NCBI GenBank assembly: GCA_035541415.1
Contig: DATKNI010000030.1
Span: 1,621-65,620 of the forward strand
Length of the DNA stretch: 64,000 bases
DNA from: Minisyncoccota bacterium
GTDB taxonomy: Bacteria; Patescibacteriota; Minisyncoccia; UBA6257; 2-01-FULL-56-20
Direction: 5' to 3'
The notes beneath the pieces were generated by a model, which did no database searches, was not told the DNA's origin, and was given only the letters and a program-made list of their open reading frames with translations. Positions 28,181-37,897 of the stretch are shown here, one piece after another; positions within the stretch are counted from its first letter, which is position 1, and each line of letters opens with the position of its first letter. Made by a program: the position numbers and the translations under genes.

Positions 28181-29685
28181 ACAATCGGTGCTGCCGGATC
28201 CTGCGTGGGAAAGATGAGCCGCTTCATTTCAATGAGGAGCGGCTCCCGGAAAAGGCGCAAAGCTCCAAAGAAAACGATCACCGAAATGACGATGGTTGCT
28301 ATCACGTTCAGATGGGCAAAATAAAGGCCAAGGGTGACAAGGCCCATGGCTGCGCTCGCGAAGACGATCTTTTTGAGATGCGGTGCCACTTCGAAGTAAT
28401 TAAGTTTTTTCATGATATGCCAGAGATACCAGTTGGTCACGATCTGCGTGATGAGGGTTCCGATGGCAGATCCCGTCATGCCGAACGGCGGAATGAGGAT
28501 GATGTCGAGCGCTACGTTCAACGCGCCAGCGATAGCGGAGGTGATAATGAGGCTCCGCTGGTGGTTGTAGGCGAATATGGCGTTGCTCACGATCGTCGCG
28601 GGGAAGTCGACGATCATTGTGAGCATGAGGATTTTGAACGCCAGGCTGCCTGATGCGTATGCGCCGCCAAAGATGAACGTCATGATGGGGGTTCCCAGAA
28701 TGAAACCGCCGATCGCGAGCGGAAGGGAGCCAATGAAGACGATGCTCACGGCCCGCTCCAGCGCCGCGCGGAAGCGCTCATTGTCTTTGCCCGCAAGGCG
28801 CGAGAAAAGCGGCAGGGTGCTGAATTGGATAACGGTGGGAACAAGATAGAGCACCTGCACGACGCGGATGGCGGCGGAGTAGATGCCGACTTCCGAAGCG
28901 CTCCGCATCCAGCTCAAGATGAGAATGTCGGCGTTCGTGAGGAGAAGGCCGAGCGCGCTCGTTACGGCAAACGGCCACGCCGCCTTGAGAACGGGGGAGA
29001 CGAGCGAGGACGTGAAATGCCGCGAAAGATCTTTGAAGTACGTGCGAATGATGATGATTGCAAGCGATATGCCGAGGATGTCTCCCCCAACGTATGCCCA
29101 CGCAAGCGATGACGGCGCTTTTACGAGCGTTATAAAAAGGAATCCAAAAAGGAGAATGCCGATATTCGTGAGGATGAATATCGCCGCGTCATACTCCATG
29201 TGCTCCATGCCGCGCGCAACGGATGTGAAGAAGTCGCGAAGCGTGTCGAGGGCGAGGATGATGGCGACGATCGGGAGCAGTGCCTTTGCTCCGGGCAGGG
29301 TCGAAAAGAACGGGGCAATAAAGATGATGACGCCAACGCCCACGAGCATGAGGACGATTTTCATGGCGAACGTCGTCGAGAAAAGCTTGTGGCGGTCCTC
29401 GTCGTCCGATTTTGCGATATCGCGCATGAGGATGCCGTTCAGGCCCGGATCCATGAAAAGCGTGAGGAAGCCGGAGAGCGTGATGGCGTAGGAAAACACG
29501 CCCCATCCTTCGGTGCCGAGGACGCGGGCGCCATAAATGACGATGGCGGCTTTGATAAATCGTCCGCCAAAATTGGAGACCGAAAGCCAAAAGCTGTTTT
29601 TGGCGATGGTCTGTTTCGCCGATTCATTCTTGAAAAGAAATGCCTTGATGCGGGCGGAAAACGGCGGTCGAGCTTCTGATTCCAT
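28177..29685 (-). CDS. wzx: Wzx-type polysaccharide flippase
   Basis: About 14 TMs; KNSFWL, ARVLG..GWG.FSYA, D...L......VGIYSAA; ATG at 29685. Confidence 0.85.
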   Translation of the reverse strand: MESEARPPFSARIKAFLFKNESAKQTIAKNSFWLSVSNFGGRFIKAAIVIYGARVLGTEGWGVFSYAITLSGFLTLFMDPGLNGILMRDIAKSDDEDRHKLFSTTFAMKIVLMLVGVGVIIFIAPFFSTLPGAKALLPIVAIILALDTLRDFFTSVARGMEHMEYDAAIFILTNIGILLFGFLFITLVKAPSSLAWAYVGGDILGISLAIIIIRTYFKDLSRHFTSSLVSPVLKAAWPFAVTSALGLLLTNADILILSWMRSASEVGIYSAAIRVVQVLYLVPTVIQFSTLPLFSRLAGKDNERFRAALERAVSIVFIGSLPLAIGGFILGTPIMTFIFGGAYASGSLAFKILMLTMIVDFPATIVSNAIFAYNHQRSLIITSAIAGALNVALDIILIPPFGMTGSAIGTLITQIVTNWYLWHIMKKLNYFEVAPHLKKIVFASAAMGLVTLGLYFAHLNVIATIVISVIVFFGALRLFREPLLIEMKRLIFPTQDPAAPIV

Positions 29686-29759
29686 GGTTATTAGTGTACC
29701 GCAACCGCGGGACTTTCGCATTTTAGAATTTTTTAATCTCCGACGTGCTAGGGTTTCAT

Positions 29760-32012
29760 ATGCTTTATTTTTTACGGAATGCAATTGCGGTGGCAGCCAC
29801 CGTTAGCTTCGCCTTTTTCGTGTTGTGTCCGGCCGTTCATGCCGACGCTCCGGCAACGGCGACGGCTATGTTTTTTAACCAGCTCGACGACTCGTCGAAT
29901 TCGGTGGGAAGCTGGTACAACGACAATTGGTATCAGCTTGGCCGGGGATTCGCCGGCACCATCAACGCCATAACACTCGAAGGAATGGTCGACGCCGATA
30001 TGTTTTCCGCCTCCGAAATCTATCTCAAAGAATTCGAGGATCAAAATTATACGCGTCTCGTAACGACCTACACGATTTCCGACAATGCTCCTTTCGATCA
30101 TGACGGCTTCAAAAAAATAACTTTCGACCACCTTTCAATCCCGATCAACCCGAGCCATTATTACCGCCTCGATACGTTTCAAAATCGACAAAATACGAGC
30201 GTGATTCTCAAGGGGACGCCCGGCCTCGGTACGGCCATGCGGGACTGGTTTGTCTATGGCACGGGAAAAGTGGAAAGCACCTATCCGTTTTATCCCTACG
30301 TCATCGTCACCGGACAATTCCTCGAACCGCTCGTCATCGTGCCCGGCGTGATGGGGTCGGAACTCAGCGCTTCAGGGACCGATCTTTCGGCGGGCAAGCA
30401 GTATTGGCCCGATGTGACCGATATGGTGAATTCGGACGACGACGCATATCTCAATGCGCTTGCATTGGATGCGAACGGCATGCAGGTTGCGGGAAAGGAA
30501 ATGGCCGCGAGCGACATCGTGCGAGAGGCCACGGGAACCTACAACCGCCTTGTGGTGCCGATACCGATCGACGAAAAAATATACGGGGATCTCATCGCGC
30601 AATTCGTAAACGACGGCTATCACGAAGGAGAAAATCTTTTTGTTGCGCCGTACGATTGGCGCTTGGATCTCGCATCGTCTGCCCAAGCGGTGGGCGGCGT
30701 GATCCAAAACGCCGTGGCACATTCGCCCGACGGGAAAGTCAATATTATCGCCCATAGCATGGGCGGGCTGGCCATAAAACAATACCTGGCGGGGGTTGCC
30801 GACGCGTCGTTCATCCATAAGCTGATCCTTTCCGGAGTTCCGCAGCTTGGCTCGCCAATGATATTTAAAACATTGGAGTACGGCGACAACCTTGGGTTTT
30901 CGGTTGGACCATTCGACATTCTGAATCCCACGGAAGTGAAATCGATTGCGCAAAATATGCCGGGCATCTACGAACTTTTGCCGTCGCGGCGTTTTGTCTC
31001 GGTTGATGGCGGCTATGTTTCGCGCGACTCGCATGATGCGAATGGAAATGTTTCCACGCAAGCGCTTGGATTCGACGACACCAACGCATTCCTCCTTGCA
31101 AACCCCGGTGATTCGCGGAACGCGAGCCTGCTTTCGAGAGCCGACCAGTTCCATGCCGGACTCGACGCCCAGCCGATAGTAGGGTCTACGGGCGCCGCTG
31201 CCGCCGGCACGGAAATCATAAACGTGGTCGGCTGCGAGAACCCCACGCCCTCGCGCTACGACGTGCACGATGACGGTTCGATCGACGTTGATTGGGCGAA
31301 CGGGGACGGCAGCGTCCCGGTTGATTCGGCCATGAACCTTGCAAATGGCTATGAAAATTATTTTGTTTTGAACTCGGAAAATGGCGTTGACCACGAAGGC
31401 CTGGTCCGAGATTCTCCCATGCTCGCGTTTCTTCAAGGAGCCATTGACGGCACGCTCCCGTCGCTCGCGCTCCAATCGCTCGGCATGTCGACGGCAACGG
31501 AAGATTGCCTCGCGGGCCGCGGCGCCGATCGTCCTGCGACATTCGCGGTGAGCGCTTCGGGATCGAGCACGATCGATGTTTACGATGCCGCAGGCAATCA
31601 CGTGGGAGTGAATGCCGCGGGCGACGTCGATCTCCAAATTCCCGGGAGCTCCTACGACACGATTGGCGGCACCACGGTTGTGACGCTGCGGGCGCCGAGC
31701 ACGACTGCGGCAAGCGGCGCCTATTCGGTGACGGTCAAAAAATCAAAGACGGCATCGTCAAAAACAAAGGTTTCGGTGAAGGCGTACGATAGCGCCGTGA
31801 ATGTCGTCACGACAACGGTTTTCTCCGACGTTCCGCTCGATGCGCCGTCGTCATCGGCCACACTCACGATTCGAGCAACATCCACCCCCATCCTCACGGT
31901 CGATGAGGATGCCGCAGGGGCGGCTGCGACCGGCACGGTAATTGCGCCTGACGGCGCTCTCAGTTCGGCGGAGCTTCCGCTCACGGCTGCCTGCGTTCAG
32001 ATAAAAACATAA
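29760..32012 (+). CDS. Exported LCAT/PLA2G15-like alpha/beta hydrolase (lipase/acyltransferase) with extra N- and C-terminal domains
   Basis: Signal peptide (AVHA); PLVIVPGVMGSEL, APYDWRL, IIAHSMGGL, GVPQLGS, GDGSVP, DHEGL. Confidence 0.82.
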   Translation: MLYFLRNAIAVAATVSFAFFVLCPAVHADAPATATAMFFNQLDDSSNSVGSWYNDNWYQLGRGFAGTINAITLEGMVDADMFSASEIYLKEFEDQNYTRLVTTYTISDNAPFDHDGFKKITFDHLSIPINPSHYYRLDTFQNRQNTSVILKGTPGLGTAMRDWFVYGTGKVESTYPFYPYVIVTGQFLEPLVIVPGVMGSELSASGTDLSAGKQYWPDVTDMVNSDDDAYLNALALDANGMQVAGKEMAASDIVREATGTYNRLVVPIPIDEKIYGDLIAQFVNDGYHEGENLFVAPYDWRLDLASSAQAVGGVIQNAVAHSPDGKVNIIAHSMGGLAIKQYLAGVADASFIHKLILSGVPQLGSPMIFKTLEYGDNLGFSVGPFDILNPTEVKSIAQNMPGIYELLPSRRFVSVDGGYVSRDSHDANGNVSTQALGFDDTNAFLLANPGDSRNASLLSRADQFHAGLDAQPIVGSTGAAAAGTEIINVVGCENPTPSRYDVHDDGSIDVDWANGDGSVPVDSAMNLANGYENYFVLNSENGVDHEGLVRDSPMLAFLQGAIDGTLPSLALQSLGMSTATEDCLAGRGADRPATFAVSASGSSTIDVYDAAGNHVGVNAAGDVDLQIPGSSYDTIGGTTVVTLRAPSTTAASGAYSVTVKKSKTASSKTKVSVKAYDSAVNVVTTTVFSDVPLDAPSSSATLTIRATSTPILTVDEDAAGAAATGTVIAPDGALSSAELPLTAACVQIKT

Positions 32013-32014
32013 CC

Positions 32015-32131
32015 ATGTCCCGCAAGGTCAAAATATGGATCATCGGCATAGCCATCGTGATCATAGCGATTCTCGTAGCCGCCTATTATACGATTCCATT
32101 GTTCGTCCATCTTGACGGATTCGCATCGTAA
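32015..32131 (+). CDS. Small single-TM protein (38 aa), absent from the ORF track
   Basis: ATG 2 nt after the lipase stop; MSRKVKIWIIGIAIVIIAILVAAYYTIPLFVHLDGFAS*. Confidence 0.55.
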   Translation: MSRKVKIWIIGIAIVIIAILVAAYYTIPLFVHLDGFAS

Positions 32132-32143
32132 AAACGGATCGTA

Positions 32144-33481
32144 CTATTCCGGATTCGAGATCAGCGATTTCACCGTCTTCAAGATGATCGCCCAGTCGAG
32201 GACGACGGAACGGTTTTTCAGATAATAGATATCGTATTCAAGCTTTTGCATCACGTCCTCGATCGTGGTGTCTTTGCGCCAGTGGATCTGGGCCCAGCCG
32301 GTCACGCCTGGTTTTGCGAGCAGGCGAACCTCGTAATAGGGGATCTGGGATTTGAGTTTCTCAACGAATTCGGGGCGCTCCGGACGAGGGCCGACAAATG
32401 AAAGGTCGCCCTTCACGATGTTCCAGAGCTGTGGGAGCTCGTCGAGGTGCGAGAGGCGCAGGAACCGTCCGATGCTCGTTGCCCGCGGATCGTTCAGCGA
32501 GCTCCATACGGCGCCGTTCTTTTCGGCGTCGATGCGCATGGTGCGGAATTTGTAGAGCGTGAACGGACGCTCTTTTTCGCCGACGCGGATTTGGCGGTAG
32601 ATGATGGGGCCGCGCGACGTGAGTTTTATGAGGATTGCGATGAGAAGTTCGAGCGGCGAGAGAAGAATGCCGAGCAATAACGCCGCCGTAAATTCCGATG
32701 CGCGCTTGAGCTGGTCGTAAAAGCGAACTTCGGCGGCAACGTTCTCGATGAGCCACGCCTCTTCGACGGCGCGCAGGGGGATTTTGCGCAGGATATTTTC
32801 ATAAAATGCCACAAGATCAATCACGAGGATGCCGCTGCCGAATAATTCGTACAGCGTGCGGACGAGGCGTCCGTCGCGCTTGAGCTGGTGCGGGATGACG
32901 ATGAGATTGATGCCGTGCGCGCGTGCGGCGGCGCGAAGCTGTTCCGGCGCGGCGTATGCCTGGTCTTCGCTGAACTCGGCTCGGATTTCATATCCAAGCT
33001 GGGGAGCTTCGCGCACGACCCGCTTCACTTCTTCCGCGACGATGCCGCTGCCGACGAGAATCGCCTTGTTCGGCGCTTCGCCGAACGTCATCCAGCGATT
33101 TGCGCCGCGCCGCCAGAAAATTTCCGCGATGGCGAAGATGACGGTGAAGATGAGAAGGTTGGTTTTCGGCGTGATGCCGAACGCAGGAACCAAATAGAAG
33201 AGGAGTGCGGCAAGCACGGCGTTCACCGCAAGCGTGAGGAGAAGGGTTTTGATGAAATCGAGATTGTTGCGCAGCCGGCGCAAGTCGTAGAGTCCTGACA
33301 CGTAGAACAGGAGAATCCACAGCACAAAGATGACCGAAAACGCAAAAGCGTGGTCTTTGAGGAATTCGGCATAAAACGAAGCCCGATAGCGGATGAGGAG
33401 CGTCCCAAAAAGCGACGCATAGAGGACGACGACGTCGCCTACGAGTAAAAGAAATACTTTCAGTTTATTTGCGCCTTGCAT
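32144..33481 (-). CDS. Initiating undecaprenyl-phosphate hexose-1-phosphate transferase (WcaJ/WbaP-like)
   Basis: KFRTM..DAE, LDELPQLWNIVKGDLSFVGPRPERP, KPGVTGWAQI, DIYY. Confidence 0.93.
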   Translation of the reverse strand: MQGANKLKVFLLLVGDVVVLYASLFGTLLIRYRASFYAEFLKDHAFAFSVIFVLWILLFYVSGLYDLRRLRNNLDFIKTLLLTLAVNAVLAALLFYLVPAFGITPKTNLLIFTVIFAIAEIFWRRGANRWMTFGEAPNKAILVGSGIVAEEVKRVVREAPQLGYEIRAEFSEDQAYAAPEQLRAAARAHGINLIVIPHQLKRDGRLVRTLYELFGSGILVIDLVAFYENILRKIPLRAVEEAWLIENVAAEVRFYDQLKRASEFTAALLLGILLSPLELLIAILIKLTSRGPIIYRQIRVGEKERPFTLYKFRTMRIDAEKNGAVWSSLNDPRATSIGRFLRLSHLDELPQLWNIVKGDLSFVGPRPERPEFVEKLKSQIPYYEVRLLAKPGVTGWAQIHWRKDTTIEDVMQKLEYDIYYLKNRSVVLDWAIILKTVKSLISNPE

Positions 33482-33528
33482 GCCGTTCAATAGTGAATAC
33501 GCCTTTTTGTACCATATCGGTGCGGCGA

Positions 33529-34410
33529 CTACAACTTTGCGATGGCGCGCGCCGCAAGATAGATAGCGATGATGATGGCGGTGATGGCAATCAGCACGAA
33601 AACGAAGAAAATAGTCGCGATGAGGGCCTCCCGGTCTTTCCGTTCCGGCTGGTACAGCGTGCCTTCCTTGCCGAAGCGGATTTCCTTGGACGACATCGTC
33701 CAGGGGCGGCGGAAGATAAGCATCCAGAAATTATTAAGGGCATACCGGAACCCCATCATCCACGCGCCCTCCGCAGCGAGGCGGCGGCCCGACGTGAGGA
33801 TGGGAATCGAGAGTGTGAATTTGACGCGGCCCACTTTGCTGAGGCGGATCGCATTGTCCGTGTCGTCGCCGTAGAACGTGATGTTCACGTTCTGTCCGCC
33901 GATTTTCTGGAACGCATCGCGCCGCACGGTGTAGTTGCCGCCTTGGATCGTGGTTGAGATGCCAAAGAACGTTTTCCCAAAGAGATAAATGCCGTAGTCG
34001 AGATAATAGAAGATGCGCACGAGCATGCGGATGTGCATCGGAAGGTCGTAATAGATGAAGGGGCCGCTCACGCAGACGAGCTTTGGGTCGCGGGCGAATT
34101 CAGCCTCAACTTTTTTGAGCCAGCCCGGCGGCATGATGGTGTCGGCGTCGATGAATGCCACGAGGGCGCCGCGCGACGCGAGGAATCCCGCTTGCCGCGT
34201 TGCGTTTGCTCCGCGCTTTGATTCACGAACGAGTTTCACGCCGGGATATTTTGCCACGACGCCATCCGTGTGATCGTTGGAGCTGTTGTCCGCAACGATG
34301 ACCTCAACATCGTTTCTGCCGGCCGCTTCTTTGAGGATCGATTCGAGGCACGCGCCGATGTAATTCTCTTCGTTGTAGGCGGGTACGACGAAACTGAACG
34401 CGATGTCCAT
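33529..34410 (-). CDS. GT2 glycosyltransferase with C-terminal TM
   Basis: SFVVPAYNEE, DNSSND, FIDAD, GGNY, GDDTD, TSGRR. Confidence 0.88.
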   Translation of the reverse strand: MDIAFSFVVPAYNEENYIGACLESILKEAAGRNDVEVIVADNSSNDHTDGVVAKYPGVKLVRESKRGANATRQAGFLASRGALVAFIDADTIMPPGWLKKVEAEFARDPKLVCVSGPFIYYDLPMHIRMLVRIFYYLDYGIYLFGKTFFGISTTIQGGNYTVRRDAFQKIGGQNVNITFYGDDTDNAIRLSKVGRVKFTLSIPILTSGRRLAAEGAWMMGFRYALNNFWMLIFRRPWTMSSKEIRFGKEGTLYQPERKDREALIATIFFVFVLIAITAIIIAIYLAARAIAKL

Positions 34411-34460
34411 ACCCCTAGTTTAGCACGACGAGAGAAGGGTGCTGCGAGGGCGAACCTCCC

Positions 34461-35186
34461 TTATCGCACCGGTTCCCACGTGTCCGACGAGCGCTTAAAG
34501 AGCCAGAATGAAATGCCGTTGTGGATCCATTTGTACATCGTCCGCCATGCGCCAAAATGGTGGAACCGGCGGCCTTCGTGGTAGACGGCAAGGTCCCATG
34601 CGACGCGGGTGTGCCCGAATTTGGCGAGCTTGCCAAAGAGGTCCACGTCTTCCGCGGTCGTGAGGCGCTCATCGAAGCCGCCGGTTTTTTTGAACGCGTC
34701 GGCTTTCACCATGATGAATTTTCCCGACGCGATTCCCACGCGGAGCATTTTATTCAAAAAGAAGAACCAGACATTCATGAGGAACGACACGGCGCGGTCG
34801 CTCCGCGTCGCCACGGCTTCGGAAACTTTGATCTGCGCCGAGAGGCCGAGCAATTTCGGGTCGTTATCAAAACGCGCAAGCGTTTTCCGGAAAAACGTAT
34901 TTGGATCGGGGACGAACGTGTCGGAATCAATGAAGACAAAATATTTTCCAGCGGCAACCGCAACGCCGTCATTGCGTCCCGGCGAAACGCCCGGCTTTTT
35001 GCCGGGGGCAAGGAGGACGACTTTGTCGGCGCAGGTGCGCGCGATTGTGACGGTCTGGTCCGTGCTCGCCGTATCCGAGACGATCACTTCGTGCGGCACG
35101 GTGAGGCGCGAAAACTGGCGGACGGTTTGCTCGATTTTCTTTTCCTCATTGAAAACCGGGATGATGATGGAGAGCAGGGGATCCAT
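34461..35186 (-). CDS. GT2 glycosyltransferase
   Basis: SIIIPVFNEE, GRNDG, FIDSD, GGFDE...EDVDL; ATG at 35186. Confidence 0.88.
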   Translation of the reverse strand: MDPLLSIIIPVFNEEKKIEQTVRQFSRLTVPHEVIVSDTASTDQTVTIARTCADKVVLLAPGKKPGVSPGRNDGVAVAAGKYFVFIDSDTFVPDPNTFFRKTLARFDNDPKLLGLSAQIKVSEAVATRSDRAVSFLMNVWFFFLNKMLRVGIASGKFIMVKADAFKKTGGFDERLTTAEDVDLFGKLAKFGHTRVAWDLAVYHEGRRFHHFGAWRTMYKWIHNGISFWLFKRSSDTWEPVR

Positions 35187-35191
35187 GGCGG

Positions 35192-35794
35192 CTAGAATTT
35201 CGGCGGCATTTCGCCGAAGCGCTTGCGCATCGCCTTCCCGAATCCCCAGACGATGAGAACGAGTGTAATAATGAGGCCGATGACAAAGCCCCAGCGAAGG
35301 CTCTTGTCTACCACAAAATAGAGGTTGCCGAAGAAATAACCGAGGGCAAAAAGAAATCCGGCCCAAATGAATTCGCCGAAGAAATTGATCGTGATGTATT
35401 TTTTGAACGAAACTTTCGCCGCCCCTGCGGCGATGAGCGTTGCAATCGCAAAACCGAATCCGGTCGTGAGCTTCGAGATGAAAAGGATTTTGGTCTGGTG
35501 CTCCTTGAAGAATTCTTCGGCGCGCTCCACGTTCTGGCTCGAGATATTAATCCAGTGGCCGTATTTTTCGATGAGCGGCCGGCCGCCGTGGCGCCCCACA
35601 AAATACCAGATCACGTCGCCCGTGAGGTCGCCCGCGATCATCGTGAGGTAGATCGGCCAAAAATCAAAAAAATTGAGGCGGACCAGAAAGCCCGCGACCA
35701 TCATTACGACAGGCCCCTCGACGATAGCGAGGGGATAGGCGATCCAGTATCGATACGTTAAGAGCGTTTGTACAAACGGTGCGGTTAATGGCAT
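35192..35794 (-). CDS. DedA family membrane protein
   Basis: EGP....AGFL, GD...Y.VGR.GG, FISK...GF, AG..KV...KY. Confidence 0.88.
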   Translation of the reverse strand: MPLTAPFVQTLLTYRYWIAYPLAIVEGPVVMMVAGFLVRLNFFDFWPIYLTMIAGDLTGDVIWYFVGRHGGRPLIEKYGHWINISSQNVERAEEFFKEHQTKILFISKLTTGFGFAIATLIAAGAAKVSFKKYITINFFGEFIWAGFLFALGYFFGNLYFVVDKSLRWGFVIGLIITLVLIVWGFGKAMRKRFGEMPPKF

Positions 35795-35872
35795 GTTTGC
35801 TCGTCCATTTATTATACTGGATTATACGAAAACAAGGCATTTTGGTGATAGTATTGATTTATACCATCTCAC

Positions 35873-36544
35873 ATGAAGAACCCATTCTGGCGTTATAAGG
35901 GATTCTGGCCGCCCGAGCGGAAGCGATCGATGTATTTGGGGATCGTGCTCCTCGTGCTCGCCATCATCGTGCAGTTCACGCTGGGGCCATTCGGGTCGCG
36001 CCACGCGATGACCGCAGCCCCGGCCGGGGATATTTTTCTCGACAATCTTCCGGTTGTAAATCTGACGGGCGTGATTGTTTTCTGGACCCTCGCGCTGTGG
36101 GTGCTTGCGTGGTGCCTCCTCGTCACGCGTCCGCAGTATTTGATTTTCGGCACCAAGGCGATTGCCGTCTACATTATGTGCCGGGCGTTTTTTGTGAGCC
36201 TCACGCATATCGGCCCGTACCCGATTAATTTTTCGCCGAGCCCGGAAAATATCGGATTCCATTTTTATCAGCTGTGGACGTATCAGGGAAATTTTTTCTT
36301 TTCGGGGCACACCGCATTCCCGTTTCTCATGGCGCTCATCTTTTGGGATGAGAAGATCTGGCGCCGCTTTTTCCTGTTCCTCTCGTTTTTCTTCGGCCTC
36401 ACGGTGCTCCTTGCGCACGTCCACTATTCGATCGACGTATTTGCCGCGCCGTTCATCACCTACGCCACGTTTGTCGCGACGGCCCGGATGTTCCACGACG
36501 ATTACAAGCTTTTGCCGGGAGAGCGGCCCGGTTTGCCGGCGTAG
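35873..36544 (+). CDS. PAP2-superfamily membrane phosphotransferase with sphingomyelin/IPC-synthase-like motifs
   Basis: 6 TMs; PAGDIFLDNLP, CRAF...LT..P, FFFSGHT, HYSIDVFAA. Confidence 0.75.
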   Translation: MKNPFWRYKGFWPPERKRSMYLGIVLLVLAIIVQFTLGPFGSRHAMTAAPAGDIFLDNLPVVNLTGVIVFWTLALWVLAWCLLVTRPQYLIFGTKAIAVYIMCRAFFVSLTHIGPYPINFSPSPENIGFHFYQLWTYQGNFFFSGHTAFPFLMALIFWDEKIWRRFFLFLSFFFGLTVLLAHVHYSIDVFAAPFITYATFVATARMFHDDYKLLPGERPGLPA

Positions 36545-36584
36545 CTTCTTGCCGCTCGCGCGAGATCGCGATATCATTACCCGT

Positions 36585-37445
36585 ATGGAACAAAACGAAC
36601 ACGATAAGGAACAAAAACACGAGGCGGAGGCGCACGGCTCTCTGGAGTCTGATGCGCGCGCGGCGGAGGCCGTTTCGGCTCCGGTGAAGAAAGATAAATT
36701 TTTGCCGGTTAGCATTCTGATTGCGGCGATCGTGATCGGCGGGTCAATTGTGTTCGCGACGGTTTACCACCCTGCGGCGCAGCAGCCTGCAACCGACGGA
36801 ACCGGCGCCCAGCCGGGCGGCGCGGCGCAAACGGGCAATCTCGCCGGAACGGAAGAAACGGCAGCCCAGATCAATACGCTCGGCCCGCGCGACGCCATCC
36901 TCGGCGACCCGAATGCGCCGATAACGCTCATCGAATACGGCGACTACCAGTGTCCGTTCTGCAGCCGCTACTTCACCACGCTTGAACCGACGATCCAGCA
37001 GCAATATATCAACACCGGAAAGGTGAAGATGGTGTTCCGGAATTTTGCATTCCTCGGCTCCGAGTCGACGCTCTCTGCCGAAGCAGCCGAATGTGCGGAA
37101 GATCAAAACCAGCTGTGGGCTTATCACGACGCGTTGTACAAGGCGAAAGCGGCTGATTTTGCGAAGGGGAATGGGGAAGATGATGGGTTCTTTACGCAGG
37201 CATTTCTCCTCCAAACCGCGCAGAATCTCCATCTCAATGTTTCGACGTTCACGTCGTGCCTCACAGCCCACAAGAACCAGAGCCTTGTCGCGCAGGAATA
37301 CCAGGATGCCGCAAAGGCCGGCGTAAACTCGACGCCCTCCACGTTCATTAACGGCAAGATGGTTGTGGAAACGGATGGTTCGAGCGCTGGTGCGGATAAT
37401 GCTTTGATCCTCAAGGAGCTCGCCGACGCGACAGCCGGAAAATAG
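36585..37445 (+). CDS. Membrane-anchored DsbA-family oxidoreductase
   Basis: LGDPNAPITLIEYGDYQCPFC, GVNSTPS.FING; ATG at 36585. Confidence 0.92.
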   Translation: MEQNEHDKEQKHEAEAHGSLESDARAAEAVSAPVKKDKFLPVSILIAAIVIGGSIVFATVYHPAAQQPATDGTGAQPGGAAQTGNLAGTEETAAQINTLGPRDAILGDPNAPITLIEYGDYQCPFCSRYFTTLEPTIQQQYINTGKVKMVFRNFAFLGSESTLSAEAAECAEDQNQLWAYHDALYKAKAADFAKGNGEDDGFFTQAFLLQTAQNLHLNVSTFTSCLTAHKNQSLVAQEYQDAAKAGVNSTPSTFINGKMVVETDGSSAGADNALILKELADATAGK

Positions 37446-37466
37446 TTACACGAGCAAACAAGAAAT

Positions 37467-37490
37467 CCCGGGGCGGCCCCGGGTTTTTTT
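37467..37490 (+). terminator. Intrinsic terminator
   Basis: cccgggg-cgg-ccccggg followed by T7. Confidence 0.85.
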
Positions 37491-37495
37491 ACGGC

Positions 37496-37523
37496 TTGAC
37501 ATATAAGGATATGCTAATATGAT
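37496..37523 (+). promoter_or_regulatory. Promoter (TTGACA-N16-TATGAT) overlapped by an ArsR/SmtB-type operator
   Basis: Imperfect inverted repeat CATATAAG-N6-CTAATATG at 37500-37521, directly upstream of the ArsR gene. Confidence 0.7.
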
Positions 37524-37529
37524 TATTAC

Positions 37530-37877
37530 ATGCCCACCAACTGCAAAGAAATCGAACGCTTTGGAAAGGGGATCGGCAATGAAGCCCGGTACCGGATCCT
37601 CCAAGCGCTTTTGAAGGGCCGCAAAACCGTGAGCGAGCTTGTGACGATCGCGCGCTTGAGCCAGCCCGCCGTTTCCCAGCATCTCAAAACGCTCAAAGCA
37701 AGCGAACTCGTCATCGATGAGCGGCGCGGCAAAGAAGTGTTTTATGCGGTGAACGCCGAGTATCTTCTTGAGCTGCTCGCCCGGCTTTCGCAGGATGCCC
37801 GTCCGTGCATGGACGGGAGAGCGAAAGCGAAAGCGGCGAAAAGGCCAAGGATGTCGAAAATGCAAAAGGTCAAATAA
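37530..37877 (+). CDS. ArsR/SmtB family transcriptional repressor
   Basis: RYRILQAL, TVSEL....LSQPAVSQHLKTL....LV..ERRGKEVFY. Confidence 0.92.
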   Translation: MPTNCKEIERFGKGIGNEARYRILQALLKGRKTVSELVTIARLSQPAVSQHLKTLKASELVIDERRGKEVFYAVNAEYLLELLARLSQDARPCMDGRAKAKAAKRPRMSKMQKVK

Positions 37878-37897
37878 TAATTAATAAAAATTTAACA

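Noticed and set aside
30372-31637. Long antisense ORFs (also 41044-41985, 50912-52096, 53576-54736, 4869-5672)
   Set aside because: Shadow frames of well-supported genes in GC-rich DNA, with no motifs or start signals
35822-36715. 297-aa minus-strand ORF, and extended N-termini of DsbA, wzx, the FMN-binding protein and M13
   Set aside because: They overlap real genes; downstream ATGs with adjacent -10 boxes or domain starts fit better
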